This document shows, in pieces, positions 46,566-57,572 of a DNA stretch of 64,000 nt. The position numbers and the translations under genes were made by a program. This stretch comes from Escherichia coli (GTDB lineage: Bacteria > Pseudomonadota > Gammaproteobacteria > Enterobacterales > Enterobacteriaceae): assembly GCF_044324875.1 (NCBI RefSeq), contig NZ_CP172185.1, one strand, 5' to 3'. Position 1 is the first letter of the stretch, and every line of letters begins with the position of its first letter. The notes beneath the pieces are model-generated. The model made no database searches and was not told the DNA's origin. It was given only the letters and a program-made list of their open reading frames with translations.

Positions 46566-47765
46566 ATGACGGAACAAGAAAAAACCTCCGCCGTGGTTGA
46601 AGAGACCAGGGAGGCCGTGGACACCACGTCACAACCTGTCGCAACAGAAAAAAAGAGTAAGAACAATACCGCATTGATTCTCAGCGCGGTGGCTATTGCT
46701 ATTGCTCTGGCGGCGGGCGTCGGTTTGTATGGCTGGGGTAAACAACAGGCCGTCAATCAGACTGCCACCAGCGATGCCCTGGCTAATCAACTGACGGCAC
46801 TGCAAAAAGCCCAGGAGAGCCAAAAAGCTGAGCTGGAAGGCATTATCAAGCAACAAGCTGTACAGCTTGAGCAGGCGAATCGTCAGCAAGAAACGCTGGC
46901 AAAACAGTTGGATGAAGTCCAACAAAAGGTCGCCACCATTTCCGGCAGCGATGCTAAAACCTGGCTGCTGGCTCAGGCCGATTTTCTGGTGAAACTCGCA
47001 GGACGGAAGCTGTGGAGCGATCAAGACGTCACGACCGCTGCAGCGTTGCTGAAAAGTGCAGATGCCAGCCTGGCGGATATGAATGACCCGAGTCTGATTA
47101 CCGTTCGTCGGGCAATTACCGATGATATCGCCAGCCTTTCTGCGGTATCGCAGGTGGATTATGACGGCATCATCCTGAAGCTCAATCAGCTTTCAAATCA
47201 GGTAGATAACCTGCGTCTGGCCGATAATGACAGCGATGGTTCGCCGATGGATTCCGACGGTGAAGAGCTTTCCAGTTCCATCAGCGAATGGCGTATCAAT
47301 CTGCAAAAAAGCTGGCAGAATTTTATGGACAACTTCATTACGATTTGCCGTCGTGATGACACCGCCGTACCGCTGTTAGCGCCAAATCAGGATATCTATC
47401 TGCGCGAAAATATTCGCTCTCGCCTGCTGGTCGCGGCACAAGCCGTACCGCGTCATCAGGAAGAGACTTATCGCCAGGCGCTGGAGAACGTCTCCACCTG
47501 GGTACGTGCTTACTACGATACTGATGATGCCACCACCAAAGCGTTCCTCGACGAGGTGGACCAGTTAAGCCAGCAAAATATCTCGATGGATCTCCCGGAA
47601 ACCCTGCAAAGCCAGGCGATGCTGGAAAAACTGATGCAGACTCGCGTGCGTAACCTGTTGGCACAACCGGCAGCGGGGACAACGGAAGCTAAACCTGCAC
47701 CTGCACCTGCACCTGCACCTGCACCGCAAGCTGATACTCCGGCAGCCGCGCCGCAAGGAGAATAA
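46566..47765 (+). CDS. hemX: HemX (putative uroporphyrinogen-III C-methyltransferase-like membrane protein)
   Basis: 399-aa ORF with N-terminal TM segment, coiled-coil Q-rich region and C-terminal Pro-Ala repeat. Confidence 0.85.
   Translation: MTEQEKTSAVVEETREAVDTTSQPVATEKKSKNNTALILSAVAIAIALAAGVGLYGWGKQQAVNQTATSDALANQLTALQKAQESQKAELEGIIKQQAVQLEQANRQQETLAKQLDEVQQKVATISGSDAKTWLLAQADFLVKLAGRKLWSDQDVTTAAALLKSADASLADMNDPSLITVRRAITDDIASLSAVSQVDYDGIILKLNQLSNQVDNLRLADNDSDGSPMDSDGEELSSSISEWRINLQKSWQNFMDNFITICRRDDTAVPLLAPNQDIYLRENIRSRLLVAAQAVPRHQEETYRQALENVSTWVRAYYDTDDATTKAFLDEVDQLSQQNISMDLPETLQSQAMLEKLMQTRVRNLLAQPAAGTTEAKPAPAPAPAPAPQADTPAAAPQGE
47693..47722 (+). repeat. Hexanucleotide tandem repeat (cctgca)n within hemX encoding (PA)n
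   Basis: aaacctgcacctgcacctgcacctgcaccgcaa: four or more tandem cctgca units encoding [13 protein letters not shown] near the HemX C-terminus. Confidence 0.7.
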
Positions 47766-47767
47766 CC

Positions 47768-48964
47768 ATGCTAAAAGTGTTATTGCTCTTTGTTTTGCTG
47801 ATTGCGGGGATAGTGGTTGGCCCGATGATTGCCGGACACCAGGGTTACGTGCTGATCCAGACCGACAACTACAATATTGAAACCAGCGTCACTGGCCTGG
47901 CGATTATTTTGATTCTGGCAATGGTAGTGCTGTTTGCCATTGAGTGGCTACTGCGGCGGATCTTCCGCACAGGCACACACACCCGTGGGTGGTTTGTCGG
48001 ACGTAAGCGTCGCCGTGCCCGTAAGCAGACCGAACAGGCGCTGCTGAAACTGGCGGAAGGCGATTATCAGCAAGTTGAAAAGCTGATGGCGAAAAATGCC
48101 GATCACGCTGAACAACCGGTGGTGAACTATCTGCTGGCTGCCGAAGCCGCGCAACAACGCGGTGATGAAGCACGCGCCAACCAACATCTGGAACGCGCAG
48201 CGGAGCTGGCCGGCAACGACACAATTCCGGTAGAAATCACCCGTGTACGTCTGCAACTGGCCCGTAATGAAAACCATGCAGCACGTCACGGCGTTGATAA
48301 GCTGCTGGAAGTTACGCCACGCCATCCGGAAGTATTACGTCTGGCGGAACAGGCGTATATCCGCACTGGTGCATGGAGTTCGCTGCTGGATATCATCCCA
48401 TCAATGGCAAAAGCCCACGTTGGCGATGAAGAGCATCGTGCAATGCTGGAACAACAGGCATGGATTGGCCTGATGGATCAGGCGCGTGCCGATAACGGTA
48501 GCGAAGGTTTGCGTAACTGGTGGAAAAACCAAAGCCGGAAAACGCGTCATCAGGTGGCGTTACAGGTGGCAATGGCGGAACATCTTATTGAATGTGACGA
48601 TCATGATACTGCCCAGCAAATTATCATCGACGGCCTGAAACGCCAGTATGACGATCGCCTGCTGCTGCCGATCCCGCGTCTGAAAACCAATAACCCGGAA
48701 CAGCTGGAAAAAGTGCTGCGCCAACAGATCAAAAACGTGGGCGATCGCCCGTTGTTGTGGAGCACACTGGGTCAGTCGCTGATGAAGCACGGCGAATGGC
48801 AGGAAGCATCGCTCGCCTTCCGCGCGGCGCTGAAACAACGTCCGGACGCCTACGATTACGCATGGCTTGCCGACGCGCTGGACAGACTGCACAAGCCGGA
48901 AGAAGCCGCAGCGATGCGTCGCGATGGCTTGATGTTAACGTTGCAGAACAACCCGCCACAGTAA
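47768..48964 (+). CDS. hemY: HemY (TPR-containing membrane protein, protoheme IX biogenesis)
   Basis: 398-aa ORF with N-terminal TM helices; conserved position. Confidence 0.9.
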   Translation: MLKVLLLFVLLIAGIVVGPMIAGHQGYVLIQTDNYNIETSVTGLAIILILAMVVLFAIEWLLRRIFRTGTHTRGWFVGRKRRRARKQTEQALLKLAEGDYQQVEKLMAKNADHAEQPVVNYLLAAEAAQQRGDEARANQHLERAAELAGNDTIPVEITRVRLQLARNENHAARHGVDKLLEVTPRHPEVLRLAEQAYIRTGAWSSLLDIIPSMAKAHVGDEEHRAMLEQQAWIGLMDQARADNGSEGLRNWWKNQSRKTRHQVALQVAMAEHLIECDDHDTAQQIIIDGLKRQYDDRLLLPIPRLKTNNPEQLEKVLRQQIKNVGDRPLLWSTLGQSLMKHGEWQEASLAFRAALKQRPDAYDYAWLADALDRLHKPEEAAAMRRDGLMLTLQNNPPQ

Positions 48965-48967
48965 TCT

Positions 48968-48998
48968 ATATCGCCTCGTTCAGAGGCGATATTTTTTT
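48968..48998 (+). terminator. Rho-independent terminator of the hemCDXY operon
   Basis: 10-bp stem atatcgcctc / gaggcgatat with loop gttca, followed by tttttt. Confidence 0.65.
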
Positions 48999-49004
48999 AC
49001 CAGG

Positions 49005-49604
49005 ATGTCAAAATTGCGCACGCCGTCCCGCTATCTTTTTCGCTTGCCATCGCATGAAATTACTCCTTTTCGGGCAACGCTCTTTTTAATCTTGTTGATA
49101 TGTGCCGCTCTGGCTGGCGTAAGTTGGCTGATTATTTCCTTTGTGCGTACGGGCAATACATTCATCTTCTGGTTAACACTTTTTATTGGGTATCTGATAG
49201 CTGCGGCGAAGCAGGAAAAAATCAAGCTCCTCAAGAAGTACCGAATCATGGCAGATAAACGTCGGGGACGCTCCATTTGCCAGTTCGCCCGCGAATTTGA
49301 CACCTACACCGTAGATACATGGGTGATTCGTGCGGTGTGGGATACCTTGCAAGGAAACGGTTATATCGATTACCCACTGCCACTGAAAGCCGATGATATA
49401 CTGGACGATGATCTGGATTTGGTGAGCGACGCAGTCGAGTTAGAAGAGCTGGTTGAAGATACCGCTGCTCGTTGCGGGCGCGATCTATGCGGAATAGAAG
49501 AGAATCCGTTTCTTCCCATCGTCACGGTAGGCTCTCTTGTAAGAGTGTTAAACGCGCAACCGATGACCCAGGAGCGACGTAACCAGTTCTTTATCCGGTC
49601 ATAA
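49005..49604 (+). CDS. Hypothetical protein (up to 199 aa; N-terminal TM segments, acidic C-terminal region); start uncertain
   Basis: Long ORF between the hemY terminator and glmZ. Predicted TM helices (ATLFLILLICAALAGVSWLIISF, FIFWLTLFIGYLIAAA) and an acidic tract (DDILDDDLDLVSDAVELEELVEDTAA). The first ATG abuts the terminator T-run, so a later start (e.g. ATG ~49248) is possible. Not recalled as annotated in K-12. Confidence 0.3.
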   Translation: MSKLRTPSRYLFRLPSHEITPFRATLFLILLICAALAGVSWLIISFVRTGNTFIFWLTLFIGYLIAAAKQEKIKLLKKYRIMADKRRGRSICQFAREFDTYTVDTWVIRAVWDTLQGNGYIDYPLPLKADDILDDDLDLVSDAVELEELVEDTAARCGRDLCGIEENPFLPIVTVGSLVRVLNAQPMTQERRNQFFIRS

Positions 49605-49809
49605 AAAAACGCCTGCTCTTATTACGGAGCAGGCGTTAAAACAGGTCTGTATGACAACAAGTGGGTGCTTCACTCAACGTTGTGTCCATGGTGTCTGATG
49701 AGGCATAAGCGACATCTGTCAGTGGACGATAAGCACCGTAAACGGCTCTGCGTCATTCCGGAGTTTATGAGGCACTAAGGCGAACATAAGAGATGGAATG
49801 AGCATCTAC
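49603..49809 (-). ncRNA. glmZ: GlmZ small regulatory RNA (activator of glmS translation)
   Basis: The reverse complement reads GTAGATGCTCATTCCATCTCTTATGTTCGCCTTAGTGCCTCATAAACTCCGGAATGACGCAGAGCC...ACGCCTGCTCCGTAATAAGAGCAGGCGTTTTTTT, matching my recollection of GlmZ with its terminator hairpin and U-tail; known to lie between hemY and aslA. Confidence 0.8.
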
Positions 49810-50233
49810 TCGTTTATTATGCCACAGAGAACCGGGAAATAACATCCCTTAACACTTGTTATGAGATAATTCTGTAATCCTCTTTGCTTCCTGAGTAATA
49901 ACTTCCTGAGTGAATATTTCTCCTGCGCACGATTCTACACATATATATAATGAATAATAAAAGTCATTCAATTAATAACATATATATTAATTGCCGTTAA
50001 AACTAAAAACAGCATCAATAATCAACGCGATATAACATCACCGCCTTACATATCACCTGCGCCAGAGGTAGGATTGAAAACGCTCTCCTGATTTTCCAAT
50101 TCATTTTCTGGATAAATAAATAATTTATTTTTATCACTATTATTTATGCAATCATCCTGTCAGGGAGAGGGATCTCAATTATCAATGCTTAATTACGTCA
50201 TCATTTTGACGACATGAAACCGGAGCATTTTGC

Positions 50234-51889
50234 ATGGAATTTTCGTTTTCACCCAAACTTCTTGTTGTAGCTGTCGCCGCCGCTCTTCCTCTCATGGCCA
50301 GCGCAGCAGATACCCCGTCAACCGCCACCGCACGCAAAGGCTTTGCCGGATACGATCACCCAAACCAGTATCTGGTTAAACCGGCGACCACTATTGCCGA
50401 CAACATGATGCCGGTGATGCAGCATCCTGCACAAGACAAAGAAACCCAGCAGAAGCTGGCAGAACTTGAGAAAAAAACCGGTAAGAAACCGAACGTGGTT
50501 GTTTTCTTGCTGGATGATGTGGGCTGGATGGATGTTGGCTTTAACGGCGGTGGCGTGGCGGTGGGTAACCCTACACCAGATATCGACGCCGTTGCCAGCC
50601 AGGGGCTGATTTTAACTTCGGCGTATTCTCAACCGAGTTCTTCCCCAACCCGCGCCACGATTCTTACCGGACAATACTCCATCCACCACGGCATTCTGAT
50701 GCCGCCAATGTACGGGCAACCGGGCGGTCTGCAAGGGTTAACCACTCTGCCGCAGTTGCTGCACGATCAGGGCTACGTCACTCAGGCCATCGGGAAATGG
50801 CATATGGGGGAAAACAAAGAGTCGCAGCCGCAGAACGTTGGCTTTGATGATTTCCGCGGTTTTAACTCGGTATCCGATATGTATACCGAATGGCGTGATG
50901 TTCACGTCAACCCGGAAGTCGCCCTGAGCCCGGATCGTTCTGAATACATCCAAAAACTGCCGTTCAGCAAAGATGACGTTCATGCCGTGCGCGGCGGTGA
51001 ACAGGAAGCCATTGCCGACATTACGCCGAAATATATGGAAGACCTGGATCAACGCTGGATGGAATATGGCGTTAAGTTCCTCGACAAGATGGCGAAGAGC
51101 GATAAGCCTTTCTTCCTCTACTACGGCACTCGCGGCTGTCACTTCGATAACTACCCTAATGCGAAATATGCGGGTAGCTCTCCGGCGCGCACCTCTTACG
51201 GCGACTGCATGGTGGAGATGAACGATATCTTCGCCAATCTGTATAAAGCACTGGAGAAAAACGGTCAGCTTGATAACACGCTGATTGTGTTCACCTCTGA
51301 TAACGGTCCGGAAGCCGAAGTTCCGCCGCACGGTCGCACACCGTTCCGCGGTGCGAAAGGTTCTACATGGGAAGGCGGCGTTCGTGTGCCAACCTTCGTT
51401 TACTGGAAAGGCATGATCCAACCGCGTAAATCTGACGGCATTGTCGATCTGGCGGATCTCTTCCCTACGGCGCTGGATCTGGCGGGGCATCCTGGGGCGA
51501 AAGTAGCGAATTTAGTACCGAAAACCACCTTTATCGATGGTGTGGACCAGACATCTTTCTTCCTGGGAACAAATGGTCAGTCTAACCGTAAGGCCGAGCA
51601 CTACTTCCTCAACGGTAAACTTTCTGCTGTGCGTATGGATGAGTTCAAGTATCACGTCCTGATCCAGCAACCGTACGCGTATACCCAGAGCGGGTATCAG
51701 GGTGGATTCACCGGCACAGTAATGCAAACGGCGGGATCGTCGGTGTTTAACCTGTACACCGATCCGCAGGAAAGCGACTCTATCGGCGTGCGCCATATCC
51801 CAATGGGTGTACCGCTACAGACCGAAATGCATGCGTATATGGAGATCCTGAAAAAATATCCACCACGCGCGCAGATTAAATCTGATTAA
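50234..51889 (+). CDS. aslA: Arylsulfatase AslA (putative; FGly-type sulfatase)
   Basis: 551-aa ORF with signal peptide and the sulfatase signature [15 protein letters not shown]; preceded by a strongly AT-rich promoter region (~49900-50230). Confidence 0.9.
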   Translation: MEFSFSPKLLVVAVAAALPLMASAADTPSTATARKGFAGYDHPNQYLVKPATTIADNMMPVMQHPAQDKETQQKLAELEKKTGKKPNVVVFLLDDVGWMDVGFNGGGVAVGNPTPDIDAVASQGLILTSAYSQPSSSPTRATILTGQYSIHHGILMPPMYGQPGGLQGLTTLPQLLHDQGYVTQAIGKWHMGENKESQPQNVGFDDFRGFNSVSDMYTEWRDVHVNPEVALSPDRSEYIQKLPFSKDDVHAVRGGEQEAIADITPKYMEDLDQRWMEYGVKFLDKMAKSDKPFFLYYGTRGCHFDNYPNAKYAGSSPARTSYGDCMVEMNDIFANLYKALEKNGQLDNTLIVFTSDNGPEAEVPPHGRTPFRGAKGSTWEGGVRVPTFVYWKGMIQPRKSDGIVDLADLFPTALDLAGHPGAKVANLVPKTTFIDGVDQTSFFLGTNGQSNRKAEHYFLNGKLSAVRMDEFKYHVLIQQPYAYTQSGYQGGFTGTVMQTAGSSVFNLYTDPQESDSIGVRHIPMGVPLQTEMHAYMEILKKYPPRAQIKSD

Positions 51890-51914
51890 GCCGGCGCTAT
51901 CGCTGAGATCAACC

Positions 51915-51950
51915 TTTGCCGGATGCGATGCTGACGCATCCGACAATCAA
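51915..51950. repeat. REP-like palindromic element between aslA and aslB
   Basis: tgccggatgcgatgctgacgcatccgacaat resembles a REP unit; between convergent genes. Confidence 0.35.
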
Positions 51951-51979
51951 CCGCAGGCGGCCACAAAATGGCTGCTATT

Positions 51980-53215
51980 TTACTTATTCACCACCAGCAA
52001 ATGCGCCTGCATAATGTCGCTGGCCGGACGACCGTGCGCCAGCAAATCAACCATTGCTTTAAGATATGGCGGTAGATGGCGGAAATAACGCTGATACCCG
52101 GCACACAAATAATTCAGCCCGGGTTTGCCGCTGGCATCGAGCATAAAGCGGTGTTTCGGGCAGCCTCCCCAGCACGCTTTTAACACGTTGCAACTGCGAC
52201 ACTGTGCCGGTAACTGCTTGAATTTATCTTCACCAAATGCCTGCTGTTGCGGGGAATCAATCATTTCTGCAATTGTCTGCTGAAGCATATTCCCCAGTCG
52301 ATATTGCGGATAAACATAGTGATCGCAGGCGTAAACGTCGCCGTTGTGTTCAACAATCACCGAGCGCCCACAGGTTGGCTGATGATGGCAAACCGCTCCT
52401 GGCGCACCGACAAAATTGGCAAACGCCCATTCGATATTCATCACGAAAATATTGCCGACGTCGCGTTTGATCCAGTGGTCGAATATCGCCACCAAAAATT
52501 CACCGAACTCCTCGGGGTGTACCGACCATTCCGTCAGTTCGCCCTGAATATCGCCGGGACCATGTAGCTTAAGTCCAGCATGAACAGCCGTTTCATCAGC
52601 CAGGCGTTCGACCACAGGAATAAACTGGATAAACTCAACGCCTGCATCACACAGAAAATCATAGATTTGCAAAGGTTGTAACGCACTGGTGCGATTTACG
52701 CAGACCAGCGCGTTATAGTCGACATGATGTTTTTGCAGGAGCGTCAGGGCACGCATCACCAGCTTATGCGTTGGTCTGCCGCCTTTGGTCACGCGATATT
52801 GATTGTGGATCTCAGCCGGACCATCCAGCGATAACCCAACAAGGAAATGATTTTCTGCCAGAAATGCACACCATTCGTCATCAAGCAGAACGCCGTTAGT
52901 CTGGAAGCTGTTACTTATCTTCCTGCCAGCACCATATTTCGCCTGTAGCGCCACGGCACGGCGGTAAAAATCCAGCCCGAGTAACGTTGGTTCGCCGCCC
53001 TGCCAGGTAAAAGCCACTTCGTTTTGGGTTTCGCTGGCAGCGATATAGTGACGGACATACGCTTCCAGCGTGTCATCGTCCATATGCGTGACTGGCTTTT
53101 CGCGGTAAAGGGATTGTTTTTCGAGATAAAAACAGTAGTCACAGTTCAGATTACAATCGGAACCGCTCGGTTTCGCCATCACATGAAAAGCACGCGTTGG
53201 AACCTGTTGCAGCAT
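51980..53215 (-). CDS. aslB: Anaerobic sulfatase-maturating enzyme homolog AslB (radical SAM)
   Basis: ORF track begins at 53245; known start MLQQVPTRAFHVMAKPSGSDCNLNCDYCFY carries the CxxxCxxC radical-SAM motif. Confidence 0.85.
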   Translation of the reverse strand: MLQQVPTRAFHVMAKPSGSDCNLNCDYCFYLEKQSLYREKPVTHMDDDTLEAYVRHYIAASETQNEVAFTWQGGEPTLLGLDFYRRAVALQAKYGAGRKISNSFQTNGVLLDDEWCAFLAENHFLVGLSLDGPAEIHNQYRVTKGGRPTHKLVMRALTLLQKHHVDYNALVCVNRTSALQPLQIYDFLCDAGVEFIQFIPVVERLADETAVHAGLKLHGPGDIQGELTEWSVHPEEFGEFLVAIFDHWIKRDVGNIFVMNIEWAFANFVGAPGAVCHHQPTCGRSVIVEHNGDVYACDHYVYPQYRLGNMLQQTIAEMIDSPQQQAFGEDKFKQLPAQCRSCNVLKACWGGCPKHRFMLDASGKPGLNYLCAGYQRYFRHLPPYLKAMVDLLAHGRPASDIMQAHLLVVNK

Positions 53216-53329
53216 GGTCGCTCCTTGCCTGAAGTCATCCTTCAATAAGTTAAGGGCGAAATCATACCGTGGCGCAATGAGTTATTACGGGCGTTTATTG
53301 CGAAGGGAGAGTGACGAAATGCACAGAAA

Positions 53330-53356
53330 ACAAAAAACCCCGCCGAAGCGGGGTTC
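53330..53356 (-). terminator. Rho-independent terminator of the argX-hisR-leuT-proM tRNA operon
   Basis: On the minus transcript: aaccccgc-uucg-gcgggguu followed by uuuuguuuu, immediately 3' of proM. Confidence 0.6.
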
Positions 53357-53361
53357 AAAAT

Positions 53362-53438
53362 TGGTCGGCGAGAGAGGATTCGAACCTCCGACCCACTGGT
53401 CCCAAACCAGTTGCGCTACCAAGCTGCGCTACTCGCCG
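53362..53438 (-). tRNA. proM: tRNA-Pro (anticodon UGG)
   Basis: Reverse complement CGGCGAGTAGCGCAGCTTGGTAGCGCAACTGGTTTGGGACCAGTGGGTCGGAGGTTCGAATCCTCTCTCGCCGACCA; 77 nt, cloverleaf with TGG anticodon and encoded CCA. Confidence 0.9.
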
Positions 53439-53480
53439 AAATACTGCTTTTTGAATTTTTAGTTCAATTCTTTAAAGTCG

Positions 53481-53567
53481 TGGTGCGAGGGGGGGGACTT
53501 GAACCCCCACGTCCGTAAGGACACTAACACCTGAAGCTAGCGCGTCTACCAATTCCGCCACCTTCGC
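53481..53567 (-). tRNA. leuT: tRNA-Leu (anticodon CAG)
   Basis: Reverse complement GCGAAGGTGGCGGAATTGGTAGACGCGCTAGCTTCAGGTGTTAGTGTCCTTACGGACGTGGGGGTTCAAGTCCCCCCCCTCGCACCA; 87 nt type II tRNA with long variable arm. Confidence 0.9.
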
Positions 53568-53587
53568 ATTGTCACAACTTCTAATAA

Positions 53588-53664
53588 TGGGGTGGCTAAT
53601 GGGATTCGAACCCACGACAACTGGAATCACAATCCAGGGCTCTACCAACTGAGCTATAGCCACC
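53588..53664 (-). tRNA. hisR: tRNA-His (anticodon GUG)
   Basis: Reverse complement GGTGGCTATAGCTCAGTTGGTAGAGCCCTGGATTGTGATTCCAGTTGTCGTGGGTTCGAATCCCATTAGCCACCCCA, including the extra 5' G characteristic of tRNA-His. Confidence 0.9.
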
Positions 53665-53721
53665 ACTACAAATCTTGTTACGCGGTATTACTACCACCGC
53701 AGCTCAAGCGCCGGGACTAAA

Positions 53722-53798
<77 letters not shown>

Positions 53799-53900
53799 TT
53801 AGCGCCGTTGCGGGGGTGGATAATACGGACTTCCCACCCCTCTGTCTAGTCCCTTTTTAAATAAATTGCGCGTTTGGTTACGGTTTGTGCGTTTTGCTGC

Positions 53901-55286
53901 TTATTCCTCCAGTTTATGCGCTTTTCCGTGGCGATTAAGCCCAAAAACTTTATAAATCGCCGTCACAGCCAGCATAAAGATGATGCCGACAAACAGCGAC
54001 ATACGCGTATCTTCATTAAAGTACATGCCGATCAAAACGCAAATCAGGAATGCCATTGTTACGTAGTTGGCCCACGGGAACAGGATTGAGCGGAACGGAT
54101 GGCTGGCAATCGCCGCTTTATGCGCACGACGAAAACGCAGCTGGCTTATCAATATCACAAACCATGGCACCATCCCCGGAAGCACGCTGGCACTGTAGAC
54201 GTAGACAAACACACGCTGCGGATTGGGAATGATGTAGTTCAGGCATGAGCCAATTAACAGGATAGCAATAGATACTGCCACACCCGCAACCGGTACGCCG
54301 TGACGGGAAACTTTCGCCATCGCCGTCGGTAACTGACGGTTTTTCGCCAGTGCGTAGAGCATACGTCCGCAACTGTACATGCCGCTGTTACAGCCAGAGA
54401 GCGCAGCCGTCAGCACCACAAAGTTGATAATGCCCGCCGCTGCGGTAATGCCGATTTTGGCGAAAGTCAGTACGAACGGGCTACCGTTGCTGCCTATTTC
54501 ATTCCACGGGAAGATGGTGACGATAACGAAAATCGCGCCTACGTAGAAAATCAGGATACGCCACAGCACTTTGCCTACGGCACTGCGCAGCGTCACCTGC
54601 GGATTCTTCGCTTCACCGGCAGTAATGCCAATCAGCTCCACGCCCTGGTAGGACGCCACCACAATACACAATGCGGTCAGGAACCCTTTCCAGCCACCCG
54701 CAAAGAAACCGCCATGCTCTGTGAGGTTGCTAAAACCAATCGACTGCCCGCCATTGCCAAAGCCAAAGAAAATCACGCCCAGGCCAATGACAATCATCAC
54801 GATAATCGTGGTGACTTTGATCATCGCGAACCAGAACTCGATTTCGCCGTACAACCGCACCGCCGCCAGATTCGCCAACGCCACCAGCGCCACCGCGATC
54901 AATGCGGGTATCCACTGCGCCATCTCCGGGAACCAGAACTGGACATAAACGCCAATGGCGGTGATTTCTGAGATCCCCACCGCCATCCACATAAACCAGT
55001 AAGACCAGGCGGTGAGATAGCCAAAAAACGGGCTCATATAACGATGCGCATAAACGGCGAACGAACCGGTAACCGGTTCGAGGAACAACATTTCGCCCAT
55101 TGAACGCATGATGAAAAAGACGAACAGCCCGGCGATGATATAGGCCAACAATACGGATGGCCCGGCCCATTTCAGGGTACTGGCGGCCCCCATAAACAGG
55201 CCGACGCCAATGGTGCCCCCCAGGGCGATGAGTTCGATATGTCGAGCTTCCAGCCCACGCTGTAGCTCTGGTTTGTTATCTGCCAT
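53901..55286 (-). CDS. yifK: APC-family amino acid permease YifK
   Basis: 461-aa polytopic membrane ORF; conserved position between the tRNA operon and the wec cluster. Confidence 0.9.
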   Translation of the reverse strand: MADNKPELQRGLEARHIELIALGGTIGVGLFMGAASTLKWAGPSVLLAYIIAGLFVFFIMRSMGEMLFLEPVTGSFAVYAHRYMSPFFGYLTAWSYWFMWMAVGISEITAIGVYVQFWFPEMAQWIPALIAVALVALANLAAVRLYGEIEFWFAMIKVTTIIVMIVIGLGVIFFGFGNGGQSIGFSNLTEHGGFFAGGWKGFLTALCIVVASYQGVELIGITAGEAKNPQVTLRSAVGKVLWRILIFYVGAIFVIVTIFPWNEIGSNGSPFVLTFAKIGITAAAGIINFVVLTAALSGCNSGMYSCGRMLYALAKNRQLPTAMAKVSRHGVPVAGVAVSIAILLIGSCLNYIIPNPQRVFVYVYSASVLPGMVPWFVILISQLRFRRAHKAAIASHPFRSILFPWANYVTMAFLICVLIGMYFNEDTRMSLFVGIIFMLAVTAIYKVFGLNRHGKAHKLEE

Positions 55287-55422
55287 AAATCCTCGTGTTG
55301 TGTTTGCATGCTTTCCGGTGTTACCGGTTATCGTTATGGGTACATCGAGTGTTGCGAATGTTTTCGTAATTCAGGAGAAATGGCAAATAAAGCATTAAAA
55401 ATTTGAATGCTTTGTGTAATAA

Positions 55423-55458
55423 AAAAGCAGACAGGCGACGGAGTGACCACTCCGTCGC
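55423..55458 (-). terminator. Putative terminator at the end of the wec (ECA) operon
   Basis: Hairpin gcgacggagtg-ac-cactccgtcgc just 3' of the wecG stop; the minus transcript continues ...cugucugcuuuuuu. Confidence 0.45.
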
Positions 55459-55476
55459 TTTACAAAGAGAGGAAAA

Positions 55477-56217
55477 TCAGAGGTTGCCGGTGTAGTGCCA
55501 GCGTAAATAACGCAGCAAACGAAGCTGACGCTTAATGCGGCTCGGCTGCGAAAGCAGGCGGTAGAGCCACTCCAGCCCCAGCGTTTGCCAGATTTTCGGT
55601 GCGCGTTTTACGTGACCGGTGAAAACATCGTAAGTCCCGCCAACGCCCATATACAGCGCATCCGGATGCACCAGACGGCAGTCGCGCATGAAGATCTCCT
55701 GCTTTGGCGATCCCATCGCAACGGTGACGATTTGCGCTCCGCTGGCATGAATGCGTTCAAACAGCATCTGACGCTGCTCGGGTTTAAAATAACCATCCTG
55801 ACTGCCAACGATATTCACATTCCACTGGTTGCGTAGTTTAGCTTCAGTTTGCGCCAGCACTTCAGGTTTACCGCCCACCAGAAATACCGGCGTCCCTTCT
55901 TTGCCTGCGCGCGCCATCAGCTCTTCCCAGAGATCGGCCCCGGCAACGCGGGAAACCTGCGCCTGCGGGTACTTTTTACGTACTGAACGTACAACGCTGA
56001 TACCATCCGCATATTTAAATTCGGCAGCGTTAATTAACTCCCTGACCTCGGCGTTATCTTCAATGGTCAGCATTTTTTCAGCATTAATGGCAACCAGCGT
56101 TCCCTGCTTAAGCTGCCCGTCAGCGAACAGATAATCGAGGGCGTGCTGCATATCACGCCAACCGATCAACTGTAAGCCACGCAGCGTATAGGTCGGTGCC
56201 GTGGTGTTGTTATTCAT
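55477..56217 (-). CDS. wecG: UDP-N-acetyl-D-mannosaminuronic acid transferase (ECA biosynthesis)
   Basis: 246-aa ORF; WecB/TagA/CpsF glycosyltransferase family; last gene of the wec cluster. Confidence 0.9.
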   Translation of the reverse strand: MNNNTTAPTYTLRGLQLIGWRDMQHALDYLFADGQLKQGTLVAINAEKMLTIEDNAEVRELINAAEFKYADGISVVRSVRKKYPQAQVSRVAGADLWEELMARAGKEGTPVFLVGGKPEVLAQTEAKLRNQWNVNIVGSQDGYFKPEQRQMLFERIHASGAQIVTVAMGSPKQEIFMRDCRLVHPDALYMGVGGTYDVFTGHVKRAPKIWQTLGLEWLYRLLSQPSRIKRQLRLLRYLRWHYTGNL

Positions 56218-56219
56218 TG

Positions 56220-57572
56220 TTATCCTTCAACCTGCGTCCGGAGCGATGATTTTGTTCGTTTATGAATGAGTCCGGCGCTTTCAAAAAGCCAGTACAACAG
56301 TTTTGCGATCATCAGACATGCGCCGAAGACCACGATAAAAAAGACTACGCGTGAGACAAACGAATCCAGCCCTTCACGTGCCAGCACGATCATATTGAAG
56401 ATCGCCCCGAAGCAGAAACTGTGCAATATCGCAGCCTTATAGCGATTAGTCTCGCGGTTGCCCAGCTCATACAGCCAGTCGAACCATTTGATGATCAGGC
56501 CAACCACAATCGCCCCGAGCGGGATGAACAACGCGCCGCCCATCACCACCAGTGAGCCTATAAGCGTAGGCGAGATCGCCAGCCCGGAGTGGTTATTCAG
56601 CACTTCCCACGTAAAGTAGTTGGCGGAGTTCAGTACCATACTCGGGCGACCCGGCCACAGCCAGGAAGGGATAAAGACATAGAAATCGCGGACAATGGGA
56701 GCCAGCCCCTGGAAGTCGATGTTGTCGTAGTTCTGCAACAGCAATGCCAGATTCTCCCACGGCGAAAAGGTATCGCGGGTGAGATAGAGAAACGTATAGA
56801 ACGCTTCATCACCGCTCACATTCATTCCATAGCGTTTTAGCGCCAGCCAGAACATGCCCACAATCCCCAGCACGCCCGCCGCCGCCAGCATCCACAACGA
56901 AATCCAGCCGCGAATAATGCCAATAAACAGGAAGATAGCGAATGCGATGATGATATTGGCGCGAGTGCCGCCGACAATCATATAAGTCAGCAAGCCAAAA
57001 GCGACCGTGCTGACGAGGAAAAACAGCCACGCTTTGCTGTCCTGGCGCAGAAAGTAGACCACCAGCATCGCCGGGATGAAAAAGTAAAAGAAGCGTTTTA
57101 ACGCCACGCCAGAGACTTCACTGGAGAAGATCTGACTGTAGGAGTTAAGCCGGAACAGCAAAAAGCCGTTGTGCATGAAGAAGATGCCGACGCTTACCAG
57201 CGCAATGCCCATCAGGATCACCCACGTGAGATTGGTCTCCACGCGGTTCATGGTAAACAGCGGACGGCGCGGTACATCAGCAACGCGTTTGCGTAGGCGG
57301 GTTTTGTAGGTGACGTAGTAAACCGCGTAGAAGCAGCCCGCAGAAAGCAACGCCTGCAACAAGATTTCTGGCGGCGCGACACCAACATCAAAGCGAAATA
57401 CCAGCACGCTGGTCAGCGGGAAGCCGAAGAAAAAGGTGAGCAAAAACAGCAATGAAAAGAAGACATTGAAGTTAAAACGCACACGGCGAAACTCAAACCA
57501 GGTCAGCGTGGCAATAAACAGCGTGCAGAGCAGCCAGACAATAAACAGGCCACTGAATTGCAGCAGACTCAT
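56220..57572 (-). CDS. wzyE: Enterobacterial common antigen polymerase
   Basis: 450-aa polytopic membrane ORF between wecF and wecG. Confidence 0.85.
   Translation of the reverse strand: MSLLQFSGLFIVWLLCTLFIATLTWFEFRRVRFNFNVFFSLLFLLTFFFGFPLTSVLVFRFDVGVAPPEILLQALLSAGCFYAVYYVTYKTRLRKRVADVPRRPLFTMNRVETNLTWVILMGIALVSVGIFFMHNGFLLFRLNSYSQIFSSEVSGVALKRFFYFFIPAMLVVYFLRQDSKAWLFFLVSTVAFGLLTYMIVGGTRANIIIAFAIFLFIGIIRGWISLWMLAAAGVLGIVGMFWLALKRYGMNVSGDEAFYTFLYLTRDTFSPWENLALLLQNYDNIDFQGLAPIVRDFYVFIPSWLWPGRPSMVLNSANYFTWEVLNNHSGLAISPTLIGSLVVMGGALFIPLGAIVVGLIIKWFDWLYELGNRETNRYKAAILHSFCFGAIFNMIVLAREGLDSFVSRVVFFIVVFGACLMIAKLLYWLFESAGLIHKRTKSSLRTQVEG

Noticed and set aside
49860-50230. Strongly AT-rich block upstream of aslA as a possible inserted element
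   Set aside because: No ORF or repeat structure; more simply explained as the aslA promoter/regulatory region (and glmZ upstream region).
50738-51490. 250-aa minus-strand ORF inside aslA
   Set aside because: Antisense to aslA; Arg/Phe-rich, no support.
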